Shown: positions 8,601 to 17,601 of the stretch, one piece after another
Numbering within the stretch: the first letter of the stretch is position 1
Layout of the letters: each line of letters opens with the position of its first letter
Origin: Anaerohalosphaeraceae bacterium
GTDB lineage: Bacteria; Planctomycetota; Phycisphaerae; Sedimentisphaerales; Anaerohalosphaeraceae
NCBI GenBank assembly: GCA_050309605.1
Contig: JBNRMN010000063.1
Span: forward strand, 32,001-96,000
Direction of reading: 5' to 3'
DNA length: 64,000 nt
Translations under genes and position numbers: made by a program
Notes under the pieces: model-generated
The model's database searches: none
What the model was told of the DNA's origin: nothing
Seen by the model: the letters and a program-made list of their open reading frames with translations, nothing else

Positions 8601-11043
8601 GAATGTTGTTCTTGAATGGACGCCGCCGATGAATGCGGTGCGCTATGATGTGTATGTTGGAACCACCGCCGCAGCGGTGGCCTCGGCCGGGCCAGATGCG
8701 CCGGTGTATCGGGGACGGCGTTTGAATCCGCGTTATAATCCGGCCGCACTGGATGCATGGCGGGATTATTTCTGGCGTGTGGATGCGATCCTGACGGACG
8801 GAAGCGTGGTCACCGGGCCGGTATGGGCCTTTTCAACCGTCGGCGGCGTGATGCGTCAGGTCTGGACGGGACTTGCTGGGACTTCGATTGCCGACCTGAC
8901 CGGCAGCGATGATTATCCCGATTATCCGACATTGACGGACTGGTCAAGAGATTTTGAGGCGCCGACCGATTGGGCGGACAATTACGGTACGCGTATGGTC
9001 GGACTGTTGTATGCGCCGGTTTCAGGGCCGCACACATTTTGGATTGCCAGCGACGACAGTTCGGAGTTGTGGCTCAGTCCGGTGCCGAATCCCTCACAAT
9101 TGGCGAAATATGCCTCGGTGACCGGCTGGACCAACCCGCGCCAATGGGATCGATATACCTCACAGAAAACATCGCCGTTGAATCTGGTTGCCGGAAACTT
9201 CTACTATATCATGGCCTTGCAGAAAGAAGGCAGCGGCGGCGATCATCTGGCGGTGGCCTGGGAAGGGCCGAGCAATCCCGTTCGCAGTGTCATCGACGGA
9301 TTCTGGCTGACGCCGGTGCCGGATAATGAATGGCCGTCGTTTCATTCGCCTGAATTGCCGTCCCTTTCGATTGATGAAGGAAAGACGCTGGATCATTCAA
9401 TCGCCGCCAGTGCCTCGGATCCGGATGAGGATGCGCTGACCTATGTCAAATACAGCGGGCCGCAATGGCTCAGTGTGATGCCGAACGGTCAGTTGTCGGG
9501 CACGCCGCGGGACGGTGATACGGGTTTGAATGCGTTTCTGATCGGCGTTCAGGACGGCAAAGGCGGTTCGGATGCGGCACTGCTGCATATTGAGGTACGC
9601 GATCTTTATACCGGCTCAAAGGGGCCGACCGACCTGCTGCCGTTTGCCGCCCGCTGGTTGACCGATGGGCAGGATAACCCAGCCGATTTAACCGGCAGCG
9701 GCCGAACCGACTACACGGACTGGAACGCCTTTGCACTGAATTGGGGTCAGGACATCGCCGACGGATTGGCTGCACACTGGACGATGGATGATGCGGCCGG
9801 ACTGGCGGTGCGCGACCAAGCCGGTCGGCTTGAGGCGGACATGGTCAATATGAGCGATTTTGCACGGGTTCCCGGACGCTTCGGCAATGCGCTGTTCTTT
9901 GACGGGGACGGCGGTTATCTGCGGGTTTCGGGCTATTCGGGCTTGTCCGGCGGTTCGGCCCGAACGGTCAGTGCCTGGATCAAATCGCCGGGGACGGGAC
10001 ATAATATGGTCATTGCCAGTTGGGGACAGGTCCAGCCCGGCCGGCAGTTTTTGTTCGGCGTGTTTGCCGATGGAACGCTGGCGGTTTATTCCGGCGGTCC
10101 GTATATTAAAACCGCCCAGCGGTTGTTGGATGATCGCTGGCATCATGTGGCCGCGGTCGTGCCGGATACGGCATCGCCGAGCCTGGCGGATGTGCGGTTA
10201 TATATCGACGGCGTGTTGCAGACGGACACCTATCTCAGTTCGAATTCAATGATCGATACGACCCCCGACGGCGACGTCTTGATCGGCGCTGTGCAGACCG
10301 GCCCGAATCAGGCGGGCGCTTTTTATAAAGGGCTGCTGGATGACGTGCGCCTTTATGATCGGCCGTTGAGCGAAGAGGAAATCGAAACGCTTGGGGTCAG
10401 CCGCCTTCAACTGCATTTGTCTTTTGACGAAACAACGGGCACGCGGGCAGCGGATCACTCGCTCTATGGTCGGGATGCGATTCTGGTCAATCATCCCGTT
10501 TGGTATCCGGCAGGCGGCATCAAAGGCGGGGCGTTGTCGTTTGACGGGATTGAACACTACGTCAGGGTTCCCGATTATACGGGCGTGGCGGGCGGTTCGG
10601 CCCGAACGGTCAGCGCGTGGGTCAAATCGCCGGGGACGGGACGTAATATGGCCATTGCCTGTTGGGGACAGGCCCAGCCCGGCCGGCAGTTTTTGTTCGG
10701 TGTGTTTGCCGAAGGAACGCTGGCGGTTTATTCCGGCGGTCCGTATATTAAAACCACCCAGCGGCTGTTGGATGACCACTGGCATCATGTGGCCGCGGTC
10801 GTGCCGGATACGGCATCGCCCGGCCTGGCGGATGTGCGGTTGTATATTGACGGCGTGTTGCAGACGGATACCTATCTCAGTTCGAATTCAATCTTCGACA
10901 CGACCCCCGACGGCGACGTCTGGATCGGCGCTATGCAGACCGGCCCGAATCAGGCGGATGCGTTTTTCAAGGGGCTGATCGATGAGCTGCGAATCTACAA
11001 CAAGGCATTGGAAGCCTCCGATATGGCGCAACTGATGGAATAG
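5629..11043 (+). CDS. Secreted M6-family (immune inhibitor A-like) metalloprotease with LamG, PA14, Ig/cadherin-like and dockerin-like domains
   Basis: Signal peptide, QPDG propeptide, GSVRDYF, HENGH (HExxH)...GYPDLYDY; four LamG repeats (WxH, G.IDEVRFY); PA14-like DNYGTR...FWIASDD; ADLTGSGRTDYTDW. Confidence 0.85.
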   Translation: MKSTCASVFNVTVCVIVVWSVGGLLQAAPYAGDILELEQPDGSVVQVQFWGDEYYARGESLDGYTVVRDPATGWIVYAQLNEDGSEFIATEVVYDHRVPTDPNHPLLFEQSDVRAAGHNQTHRRSGLQRRLRQRQEVVEAIHLERRIQLHPERFLFAPAGDDGVDAADAQTAPAPVSGSVVGLTLLVEFPDQRATISASEIDRFCNEWGYTGYGNNGSVRDYFWEVSDGQLDYTNIVTDYVMLNNNKGYYDSCGDWGKAGELISEALNKLCAQGFDFSGLTRGSDGRVMALNVFYAGSPACGWSEGLWPHMSTRNVTICGTSFGRYQITNIGNSLRLGTFCHENGHMVLGYPDLYDYTYETNGAGSFCLMSYSGPGENPVPPCGYLRSTSGWETVVDISHDPSGTLRTHPANTNLSYRYSNPNNSREYFLIESRLKTGRNSGLPAEGLLIWRINEDGSNTSPVPHPTHPYRQFFRVALEQADNQFHLERKSNYGDANDSFRGGYRDTFDDFTTPDAKWWDESFSGLSITQISSVSGQMSFLVGGGFRPTAHYRFERNGQDASDNGYHAVGYNFPGDGSFWFGASFEGSYSDLGGSLQLSGAGEYAELPSAVGVGGQIGIAFWMRADQRADMIPLDKFPADASGAGWSVRLRNDGHIAFLVGSAGNHTEVVTRHPVYEAGRWGHVACSFKDGQARIFVNGRLRAMRSGLTQTPDTSVMPVRLGLASQVHPDWAYKGLIDEVRFYDMELTEGRLDAVDGLNFKPGRGAILHLPLDERSGAVAEDLSRQGQDGSLKNGLSFDSDSVPGVAAGALRFDGTDDYIEVPGGFYRFNGGFTVSMWVYPTEVKQWARFIDFGNGSSADNLLLARYGTTNDLTFQVYNGSSGGGHVRAANAIELNTWQHFAATITDGGSVVLYKNGQVIASGTTGSALNVYRTRNYIGRSNWDGDAYYAGLMDDIRMYNDALLASEIQALYQHRRMDSPYPLHGADEVSPNVVLEWTPPMNAVRYDVYVGTTAAAVASAGPDAPVYRGRRLNPRYNPAALDAWRDYFWRVDAILTDGSVVTGPVWAFSTVGGVMRQVWTGLAGTSIADLTGSDDYPDYPTLTDWSRDFEAPTDWADNYGTRMVGLLYAPVSGPHTFWIASDDSSELWLSPVPNPSQLAKYASVTGWTNPRQWDRYTSQKTSPLNLVAGNFYYIMALQKEGSGGDHLAVAWEGPSNPVRSVIDGFWLTPVPDNEWPSFHSPELPSLSIDEGKTLDHSIAASASDPDEDALTYVKYSGPQWLSVMPNGQLSGTPRDGDTGLNAFLIGVQDGKGGSDAALLHIEVRDLYTGSKGPTDLLPFAARWLTDGQDNPADLTGSGRTDYTDWNAFALNWGQDIADGLAAHWTMDDAAGLAVRDQAGRLEADMVNMSDFARVPGRFGNALFFDGDGGYLRVSGYSGLSGGSARTVSAWIKSPGTGHNMVIASWGQVQPGRQFLFGVFADGTLAVYSGGPYIKTAQRLLDDRWHHVAAVVPDTASPSLADVRLYIDGVLQTDTYLSSNSMIDTTPDGDVLIGAVQTGPNQAGAFYKGLLDDVRLYDRPLSEEEIETLGVSRLQLHLSFDETTGTRAADHSLYGRDAILVNHPVWYPAGGIKGGALSFDGIEHYVRVPDYTGVAGGSARTVSAWVKSPGTGRNMAIACWGQAQPGRQFLFGVFAEGTLAVYSGGPYIKTTQRLLDDHWHHVAAVVPDTASPGLADVRLYIDGVLQTDTYLSSNSIFDTTPDGDVWIGAMQTGPNQADAFFKGLIDELRIYNKALEASDMAQLME
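9949..10958 (+). repeat. Intragenic ~370-bp direct repeat (9949-10316 and 10591-10958) encoding twin LamG domains
   Basis: Hand alignment gives about 23 substitutions, no indels, offset 642 bp. Confidence 0.95.
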
Positions 11044-11213
11044 CCAAGCTTGAAATCAGCACGTATAATCGTATAATACCTTGAAAATCGAAGTCCATAC
11101 TCCTGTTTTCAAGGTTTTTTTATGCTGCAAAGGCAATATAATACCCAGAAAGTCCAAAAGCCAGCCCGGCTTTTCCCGTTATCCCCCTCCTCAGCACTCG
11201 TCAATGCGACAAG

Positions 11214-11425
11214 TTGCCCCTTCAGGGATTGGGTTTTGGGTATCTGTTCCGTGGTCTTGCGCCCACGGCTAAGCGTGGATTGCCGGCTGGAAGCCGGCGT
11301 TAAGATTTAGGGCTTACGCCTGCGACTTAGTGGTGTGTACGCTGCTCTTTCAGGGCGATTGGTGTGTTGGGTTGTGGTGACCCAGGGCGTTGCCCTGGGC
11401 TGGTGTAGGTTGCCCTTTCAGGGCG
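11214..11425. repeat. REP family B hairpins
   Basis: TGCTCTTTCAGGGCG...ACCCAGGGCGTTGCCCTGGGCTG...TTGCCCTTTCAGGGCG matches 301-383. Confidence 0.8.
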
Positions 11426-11487
11426 ACAGGATGTTTTGGATTTTGCGTTGTCGTTTTGCTTTTTGATTTTGATTCGGAGAATAGACG

Positions 11488-12477
11488 ATGGGGTTTCCTT
11501 ATACGCGGATGCGGCGGTTGCGGTCGAGTCCTGGGATGCGGCGGCTGGTCAGTGAGGTTCGGCTGTCGGCGGCGGATTTTGTTTATCCGCTGTTTGTCTG
11601 TCCCGGTACGAACGTCAAAGAGCCGATCGCGTCGATGGCGGGGTGTTATCATTTTTCGGTTGATCGGGTGGTTGAGGAGGTCAAATCAATCGCCGCGCTG
11701 GGGATTCCGGCGGTGCTGCTGTTCGGGCTGGCCGAGCACAAAGACGCCGTCGGCTCGGAGGCGTGGTCGGACGGGTCCGCCGTGTGTCGGGCGGCAGCCG
11801 CGATTAAGCGGGCCGAGCCGGAGCTGGTGGTGATGACGGACGTGTGTCTGTGCGCTTATACTGATCACGGCCATTGCGGTCTGCTCAAAGACGGACGGGT
11901 GGACAACGATGCCACGCTCGAAAAGCTGGCTGAAACCGCCGTCGCCCACGCCCGCGCCGGGGCGGATGTTGTGGCCCCGTCGGATATGATGGACGGGCGG
12001 GTGTTATGGATTCGCCGGGCGCTGGATGAGGCGGGCTTGACCGAGACGGCGATCTTGTCCTATGCGGCCAAGTTTGCCTCGGCGTTTTACGGTCCGTTTC
12101 GCGACGCCGCCGGCAGCGCTCCGGGCCAAGGCGACCGCAAAAGCTACCAGATGGACCCGGCCGGTGCACACCAGGCGATGCGGGAGATCGCCCTGGACAT
12201 TGACGAAGGCGCCGATATGGTGATGGTCAAGCCCGCGCTGGCCTACCTGGACATCCTTCGGCAGGCCAAAGATCGCTTCGACGTGCCCCTGGCGGCCTAT
12301 CAGGTGTCCGGAGAGTATATGATGGTTTACGCCGCCGCCGAGCGGGGGCTGTGCGACGTGCAGCAGGTGATGCTCGAAACGCTGCTGGCCGTCAAACGCG
12401 CCGGAGCGGATGTGATTATCACCTATTTTGCCAAAGACGCCGCTGCGGTCGTGAACCGTTCTGCCCTCGATGGGTAA
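11488..12477 (+). CDS. hemB: Porphobilinogen synthase (ALA dehydratase)
   Basis: DVCLCAYTDHGHCG Zn site, APSDMMDGR, FYGPFRDA, MVKP, AYQVSGEY. Confidence 0.97.
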   Translation: MGFPYTRMRRLRSSPGMRRLVSEVRLSAADFVYPLFVCPGTNVKEPIASMAGCYHFSVDRVVEEVKSIAALGIPAVLLFGLAEHKDAVGSEAWSDGSAVCRAAAAIKRAEPELVVMTDVCLCAYTDHGHCGLLKDGRVDNDATLEKLAETAVAHARAGADVVAPSDMMDGRVLWIRRALDEAGLTETAILSYAAKFASAFYGPFRDAAGSAPGQGDRKSYQMDPAGAHQAMREIALDIDEGADMVMVKPALAYLDILRQAKDRFDVPLAAYQVSGEYMMVYAAAERGLCDVQQVMLETLLAVKRAGADVIITYFAKDAAAVVNRSALDG

Positions 12478-12490
12478 CCGCAGGCGCAGG

Positions 12491-13474
12491 TCAGAAGGTA
12501 ATGCGAACGGGCGTTTTTTTGAATTCGCGAACGGTGGGCAGAACGGCGTAATCCGCCGCGCTGTGCTGGTGGCAGAAGCTGCGCGCAAACGCATCAATCC
12601 GGCCGGGCGTCTCGGCGTGAAACATCGCGTACAGCGCATACGGCCAGTCGGCGACAGTGCGCCGGCGATAACAATGCGTCACCGCCGGAATCCGCGCCAG
12701 CTCATTGCCGAGCGCATGAATTCGTCCCGTGCCGGCTGCGATACACACCATCGCGTTGGCGGCATACCCCAGCCGCCTGTAGTTCAGCACCGCTGCAATC
12801 TTGCCGAGCACGCCCTTTTCGGTCAGCGACTTGAGCAGTGCAACCGGTGTTGTTCCGGTTGTGTCCGGCAGCATCTGGTCAAAGGGCTGCGAGACCAGCG
12901 GAAGTTCCTGTTGAAGGCGTTCGAGGACTTGTTTTTCATCCGGCGTCAAGGCTGCCGTCGTTGTCGTTTCCATCGGGGTGCGCCCTGGCCTGCCGGGTAC
13001 AAACCACATCGGCCCCGGCCCGGCCGGGTCAAAGCGCACGTCCAGCTTATACACCTTTTCAGCGGGAAAACTGTAAAACGCAAATCCGGTCGTTTGCCGC
13101 AGGCGTTCCAGCGCCGCATCAATCGCTGGGATTGATGTATCCTGCAGCGTGAACCACAGATTCAGCCGTCCATCGCGCTGGTAATTATGCGAAACGCCTC
13201 CCAACGCGCTGACCGCGGCGGCAGCCTGTTCCAGTCGTCCTTCCGGAATCGCCGCGCCGACCAGTACCGCGACGCGCCCCAAAGCGCGATAGTTGATTTG
13301 CGGTCGGTATCGTCGAATCAGTCCGTCGGTCTTGAGGCGGTGTATCTGATCAAGCAGCGTTTCTTCGCTGCACGCAAGCTGCTCGGCCAACACCGAAAAC
13401 GGCCGTTCGCACAGCGGCAGCGGCTCCTGAACCATCCGCAGCACGGCCTGCTCAAGGGGCTTTGGCGCCGTCAT
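12491..13474 (-). CDS. ahbAB: Fused siroheme decarboxylase AhbA-AhbB (NirDL/GH-like, tandem Lrp/AsnC folds)
   Basis: Two halves: PLCERPF...VSHNYQR..NLWFT and LPLVSQPF...VTHCYRR..WPYALYAMFH; ATGA overlap with the upstream gene. Confidence 0.85.
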   Translation of the reverse strand: MTAPKPLEQAVLRMVQEPLPLCERPFSVLAEQLACSEETLLDQIHRLKTDGLIRRYRPQINYRALGRVAVLVGAAIPEGRLEQAAAAVSALGGVSHNYQRDGRLNLWFTLQDTSIPAIDAALERLRQTTGFAFYSFPAEKVYKLDVRFDPAGPGPMWFVPGRPGRTPMETTTTAALTPDEKQVLERLQQELPLVSQPFDQMLPDTTGTTPVALLKSLTEKGVLGKIAAVLNYRRLGYAANAMVCIAAGTGRIHALGNELARIPAVTHCYRRRTVADWPYALYAMFHAETPGRIDAFARSFCHQHSAADYAVLPTVREFKKTPVRITF

Positions 13475-14502
13475 TGCGTGTCCTTTCGTCTTGTCAGCAG
13501 ACAGATCGGATCCTCGGCATACACACTGCCGCGAACCGACAGCGCCCGCGCCCGACAACCCCGACAGTCATTCAGATAGCCGCACCGTCCGCAGGCTGCC
13601 TCATAACGGTTGTGATCGCGCAGGCCGCACAGCAGCGGCGACTGTTCCCAGATGCGCCCGAAGTTGTAATGCTCTGAAATGAGATTGCCGGCCGACTGTT
13701 CCAGAAAGCCGCACGTCTGCACATCGCCGTTTCGACTGATAAAGACAAACTCCGTGGCCGCCAGACAGCCGGGCACTTTCTCGGCATTGGGGATTTTTTG
13801 CTGCCGAGCCACACGGGCAAACTGCGGCCCGCACGTCAGCCGCAGGTCTATCGGCAAGGCGGTTTTCAACTGTGCCAGGCGATTGAGCACCCGCTCATAT
13901 TCCTCCGGCTCGAACAGCAAATCGCCAATCGCTTCGCCGCGTCCGACCGGCACCAGTACAAACGGATTCCAGCAGGCCGCTCCCAGCGACGCCGCCAGAT
14001 GGGCAATCGACTCCATCGCATCGACGTTCAGTCGCGTCAGTGTCGTATTGATCTGAAAGCGAAGGCCGACCTCTTTGGCCGCCTCGACGGCGTTCATTAC
14101 CAGGGCAAACGCGCCGTCGCTTTGGCGAAAACCGTCATGGCAAGCGGCGTCCGGGCCGTCCAGCGAAAACGAAAACGACAGCAGGCCGCTGTCTTTCAGA
14201 CGGTGCATCGTGTTGCTGTCCAGCCGTTCGCCGCACGTGGCCATCACCGGACGCAGCCTCAGCGAACGCGCATAGGCGACCAGCTCGAAAATGTCGTCGC
14301 GCATCATCGGCTCACCGCCGGTAAAGATCAGAATACACCGTGTATAATCGGCCAGTCCTTTCAGGATCTGTTTGCAGGCGGTCGTATCCAGCGGATCGGC
14401 GCCGCCGCCGACCGCGGCGGCCCGGCAATGCCGACAACGCAGCACACATCGCCCCGTTACCTCAAAGGCCGCTACGCTGGGTTTAATCAGGTCTTGATTC
14501 AT
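13471..14502 (-). CDS. ahbD: Radical SAM/SPASM heme biosynthesis protein, AhbD-like
   Basis: CVLRCRHC, TGGEP, GCLAA..FIS..GDVQTCGFL, CGRC..CRGCRARA; neighbours ahbAB and hemB. Confidence 0.7.
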   Translation of the reverse strand: MNQDLIKPSVAAFEVTGRCVLRCRHCRAAAVGGGADPLDTTACKQILKGLADYTRCILIFTGGEPMMRDDIFELVAYARSLRLRPVMATCGERLDSNTMHRLKDSGLLSFSFSLDGPDAACHDGFRQSDGAFALVMNAVEAAKEVGLRFQINTTLTRLNVDAMESIAHLAASLGAACWNPFVLVPVGRGEAIGDLLFEPEEYERVLNRLAQLKTALPIDLRLTCGPQFARVARQQKIPNAEKVPGCLAATEFVFISRNGDVQTCGFLEQSAGNLISEHYNFGRIWEQSPLLCGLRDHNRYEAACGRCGYLNDCRGCRARALSVRGSVYAEDPICLLTRRKDTQ

Positions 14503-14522
14503 CGAATTGAAATGACAGGGGG

Positions 14523-15395
14523 CTATTTGATTTTCCTGACCATAAACGCGACAAGGACGCTGATGATCATCAGATAGTCGAGGTCTTGCAGGCCGTAATG
14601 CGCGTGCTCGGTGGAATTTTCAATATAAATGATGCCGTAGCTGTCTTTGTGAAGCATCACGGGGCAAATCATCACCGACCGAATCCCGCGCGCGGTAATT
14701 TGGCGAGGCAGTTGATGAATCAGCAGATACATATTTTTTTCAGCCGCATCGGACAGACTTTTGGGTACGGCCAAATCCACCCGCTCAATGTGTTCGGTGG
14801 TAATTTTGCGGCCGCCCTGGATGTCCATCGGTCCGGAGGACTCATGCCGCAGTGCGACCCAGACATTCAAGGCGCTGAACTGCCGAAAAAGAATGTCCAT
14901 CAGTCCTTTATAGAGGTCGTCAAGCGTTTTCTGTCCGCCGAAGGTTTCGACGGCTTCGTGGAAATGGTGCATCCGCTTGGCCGGAAAGCGGATCGGCGGG
15001 GCGTCGGAGGCATCGACTTTGCGATCCACCGTGTGCAGTTCGCGTCGAATGTGATCTTCTCCAATGAGCGTGTCTTCCAGATTCATCCGGCGATCCTGAT
15101 CCTCATCGTCTTCGAGGCTGACGCGAATGGTAAAGTCCGCAATGCGGATTGTGTCGTTGTGTTTCAGCTCGGCCTTGTGGATCGCCTGATCATTCAGATA
15201 GGTCTTGTTCGAGGAACCGAGGTCTTCGAGAATCCAGTCGCCGTCTTTGGTGGTGTAAAATACCGCGTGCTGACGCGAGACGGCCTTGTCGGGAAGGAAG
15301 ACCTGACTGCCCATCTGTCGTCCCACGTAAATCGGCCCCCGGTCGAATTTCAGTTCGTTAACGCTGCTGCTGCCGAGACTTACAAAAAGCCGCAT
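14523..15395 (-). CDS. FHA domain protein with C-terminal GAF-like domain
   Basis: VGR...VSRQHA...EDLGSSNKTYLN; C-terminal IRSVMICPV...GIIYIEN...DLDYL. Confidence 0.85.
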   Translation of the reverse strand: MRLFVSLGSSSVNELKFDRGPIYVGRQMGSQVFLPDKAVSRQHAVFYTTKDGDWILEDLGSSNKTYLNDQAIHKAELKHNDTIRIADFTIRVSLEDDEDQDRRMNLEDTLIGEDHIRRELHTVDRKVDASDAPPIRFPAKRMHHFHEAVETFGGQKTLDDLYKGLMDILFRQFSALNVWVALRHESSGPMDIQGGRKITTEHIERVDLAVPKSLSDAAEKNMYLLIHQLPRQITARGIRSVMICPVMLHKDSYGIIYIENSTEHAHYGLQDLDYLMIISVLVAFMVRKIK

Positions 15396-15438
15396 AATAA
15401 CCTCGCTTTTAGCTTCTTTAGGTTTGTCCAACGCCGAA

Positions 15439-15466
15439 ATTATACTGTGTTTTTTCGTCGTGTCAA
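15439..15466 (-). promoter_or_regulatory. Consensus sigma70 promoter of the FHA gene
   Basis: Minus strand TTGACA-16 bp-TATAAT. Confidence 0.7.
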
Positions 15467-15633
15467 AGGATATGCCAAAAGAAAAAAGCAGGACAGGCCC
15501 TCCGTGTTCAGACGGGTGCAAGTCGTGTTTTTTGGAAAATTTACTTGGCAATGCGGGACGGATCGGGTAAAACAATGTCCTTAATGCGATGACGTATCCG
15601 GCTTAACGGTTTTTTTCTTTAAGGGGTCGTGCA

Positions 15634-16959
15634 ATGAACCAATCGGCATCATCGGCGTCAGGTACTTCACACAAGCCAAAACTGCTGCCGCCCGGGGACA
15701 TTTTCCCGTTTGTTCTGCTGGCAAGCTGTTTTGCCTGGTGGGGCATTGCCAACAATATGACCGATCCGCTGGTGCGGGCGTTTACCGGCATTTTTGAGGA
15801 CTTGAGCAACTTTCAGTCTTCGCTGATTCAGTTTGCGTTTTACGGGGCGTATTTCGGACTGGCGATTCCCGGCTCCATCATCGCCCGCAAGTTCGGCTAC
15901 AAAAGCGGCGTGCTGATCGGGCTGGTGCTGTATGTCATCGGCTGTTTTCTCTTTTACCCGGCCAGTCTCATCCAGCAGTTCATCCCGTTTTTGATCGCGT
16001 TTTACGTCCTGGCGGGGGGGCTGTCCATCCTTGAGACCAACGCCAACCCCTATGTGCTTGTGCTGGGGCCGGAAGAAACCGCCACGCAGCGGCTCAACCT
16101 GGCTCAGTCGTTCAACCCCGTCGGCTCGGTCATCGGGACGCTGTTGTGTCAGATTTTGATTTTGGCCAAGCTGGAGGCGCTCAAGGCACAGTCCGCCGAC
16201 GCAACCGCCGAGCAGCTTCAAACTCTCCAAAGCCAGCAGCTTGCCATTGTCATTACCCCGTATTTGATCGTCGGCGGTGTTCTCGTGCTCATCTGGTTAT
16301 TGATTGCGATGACGAAGATGCCCTATGTGGTCGAGTCGGATAAGAATGTCCATTTTGCCGCTACGGTCAAACGCCTGCTGAAAAATCCCAACTATGTCTT
16401 CGCGGTTGTCGCTCAGTTCTTCTATGTCGGAGCGCAGATTTCGGTCTGGACCTATACGGTCTATTACATCCCCGACCAATTGGGGCTGTCCGGCAGCGAG
16501 GCGCTGAAGTATTACCACACCCCGGCGCTGATTATCTTTGGTGTGTTCCGGTTTATCAGCACGGCCGTGATGAGCCGCGTCGCGCCGCACCATGTGCTCA
16601 AGTTTATGGCCTTTGCCGGCGTGGTCTGTTCGGCGATTGTCATCGGCGTCGGCGGCAAACTGGGCGCCTTTGCGCTGGTGGGCATCTCGGCGTGTATGTC
16701 GCTGATGTTTCCGACGATTTTCGGTCTGGGCAGCCGCGGCCTGGGCGAGGATACCAAAATCGGCGGCTCCGGGCTGATTATGGCGATTCTGGGCGGGGCG
16801 ATTCTGACCCCGATACAAGGATACATCATCGACATTGCCAATGTCAGCATTTCCTATATTGTGCCGTTTGTCTGTTTTGTTGTCATTGCCGCGTATGCGA
16901 TTTTCGCCGGCAAGGTCAAACTGCCTGCTGCGAGCGTAACTACCGTGACAGAGTCTTAA
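15634..16959 (+). CDS. fucP: L-fucose:H+ symporter (MFS, FucP family)
   Basis: LETNANPY, RLNLAQSFN, FFYVGAQI, SLMFPTIF; multiple TM helices. Confidence 0.9.
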   Translation: MNQSASSASGTSHKPKLLPPGDIFPFVLLASCFAWWGIANNMTDPLVRAFTGIFEDLSNFQSSLIQFAFYGAYFGLAIPGSIIARKFGYKSGVLIGLVLYVIGCFLFYPASLIQQFIPFLIAFYVLAGGLSILETNANPYVLVLGPEETATQRLNLAQSFNPVGSVIGTLLCQILILAKLEALKAQSADATAEQLQTLQSQQLAIVITPYLIVGGVLVLIWLLIAMTKMPYVVESDKNVHFAATVKRLLKNPNYVFAVVAQFFYVGAQISVWTYTVYYIPDQLGLSGSEALKYYHTPALIIFGVFRFISTAVMSRVAPHHVLKFMAFAGVVCSAIVIGVGGKLGAFALVGISACMSLMFPTIFGLGSRGLGEDTKIGGSGLIMAILGGAILTPIQGYIIDIANVSISYIVPFVCFVVIAAYAIFAGKVKLPAASVTTVTES

Positions 16960-16987
16960 ACGCCCTGGTCTAAATGAGGAAAATCCA

Positions 16988-17419
16988 ATGTTAAAGCATA
17001 TTTCGAATCTCATCAGCCCTGAGCTGCTGAAAATCCTGATGGAAATGGGACACGGCGACGAAATCGTCCTGGCCGACGGCAATTTTCCCGCTGCCTCAAT
17101 CGCGCGTCGCCTGGTGCGGGCCGATGGGCACCCCATCCCGTCGCTGCTGGAGGCCGTTTTGAAACTCTTTCCGCTGGACAGCTATGTGCCTCGTCCCGCA
17201 GCCTTGATGCAGGTTGTTGCCGGCGATACCGTCAAAACGCCTATCTGGGACGACTACCGTAAGATTCTCACTGCCTCCGGAGAACCTTTCACCGACTTTG
17301 AGCACGTCGAGCGGTTTGCCTTTTATGAACGCGCCAAACAGGCCTACGCCGTCGTGGCCACCGGCGAGACCGCTCTCTATGCCAATATCATCCTCAAGAA
17401 GGGCGTTGTTGTGTCATAA
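16988..17419 (+). CDS. fucU: L-fucose mutarotase (RbsD/FucU family)
   Basis: MGHGDEIVLADGNFP, ERFAFYERAK, YANIILKKGV. Confidence 0.92.
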   Translation: MLKHISNLISPELLKILMEMGHGDEIVLADGNFPAASIARRLVRADGHPIPSLLEAVLKLFPLDSYVPRPAALMQVVAGDTVKTPIWDDYRKILTASGEPFTDFEHVERFAFYERAKQAYAVVATGETALYANIILKKGVVVS

Positions 17420-17529
17420 AAGCCCTTGGTTGGAGATGTCCAGACCCTACAAACACTCGGCCAAAGCCGTCATCTCGCGGTCTCTTTAACAAGATACAAT
17501 AAACCCAAAATATACAAATTAAAACACAA

Positions 17530-17558
17530 TTGACTTTTGTGCCGGTGCCGCGTAGTAT
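17530..17558 (+). promoter_or_regulatory. Putative sigma70 promoter of the riboflavin synthase-pdxA-rsmA operon
   Basis: TTGACT-17 bp-TAGTAT. Confidence 0.55.
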
Positions 17559-17601
17559 CCACCAATTGTCTGGAAAACGAACAAATCCGTCGGTGAATAC
17601 A

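Noticed and set aside
9949..10958. DGR template/variable repeat pair
   Set aside because: Mismatches are not adenine-specific (many C/T and synonymous changes), both copies are in one ORF, and there is no reverse transcriptase.
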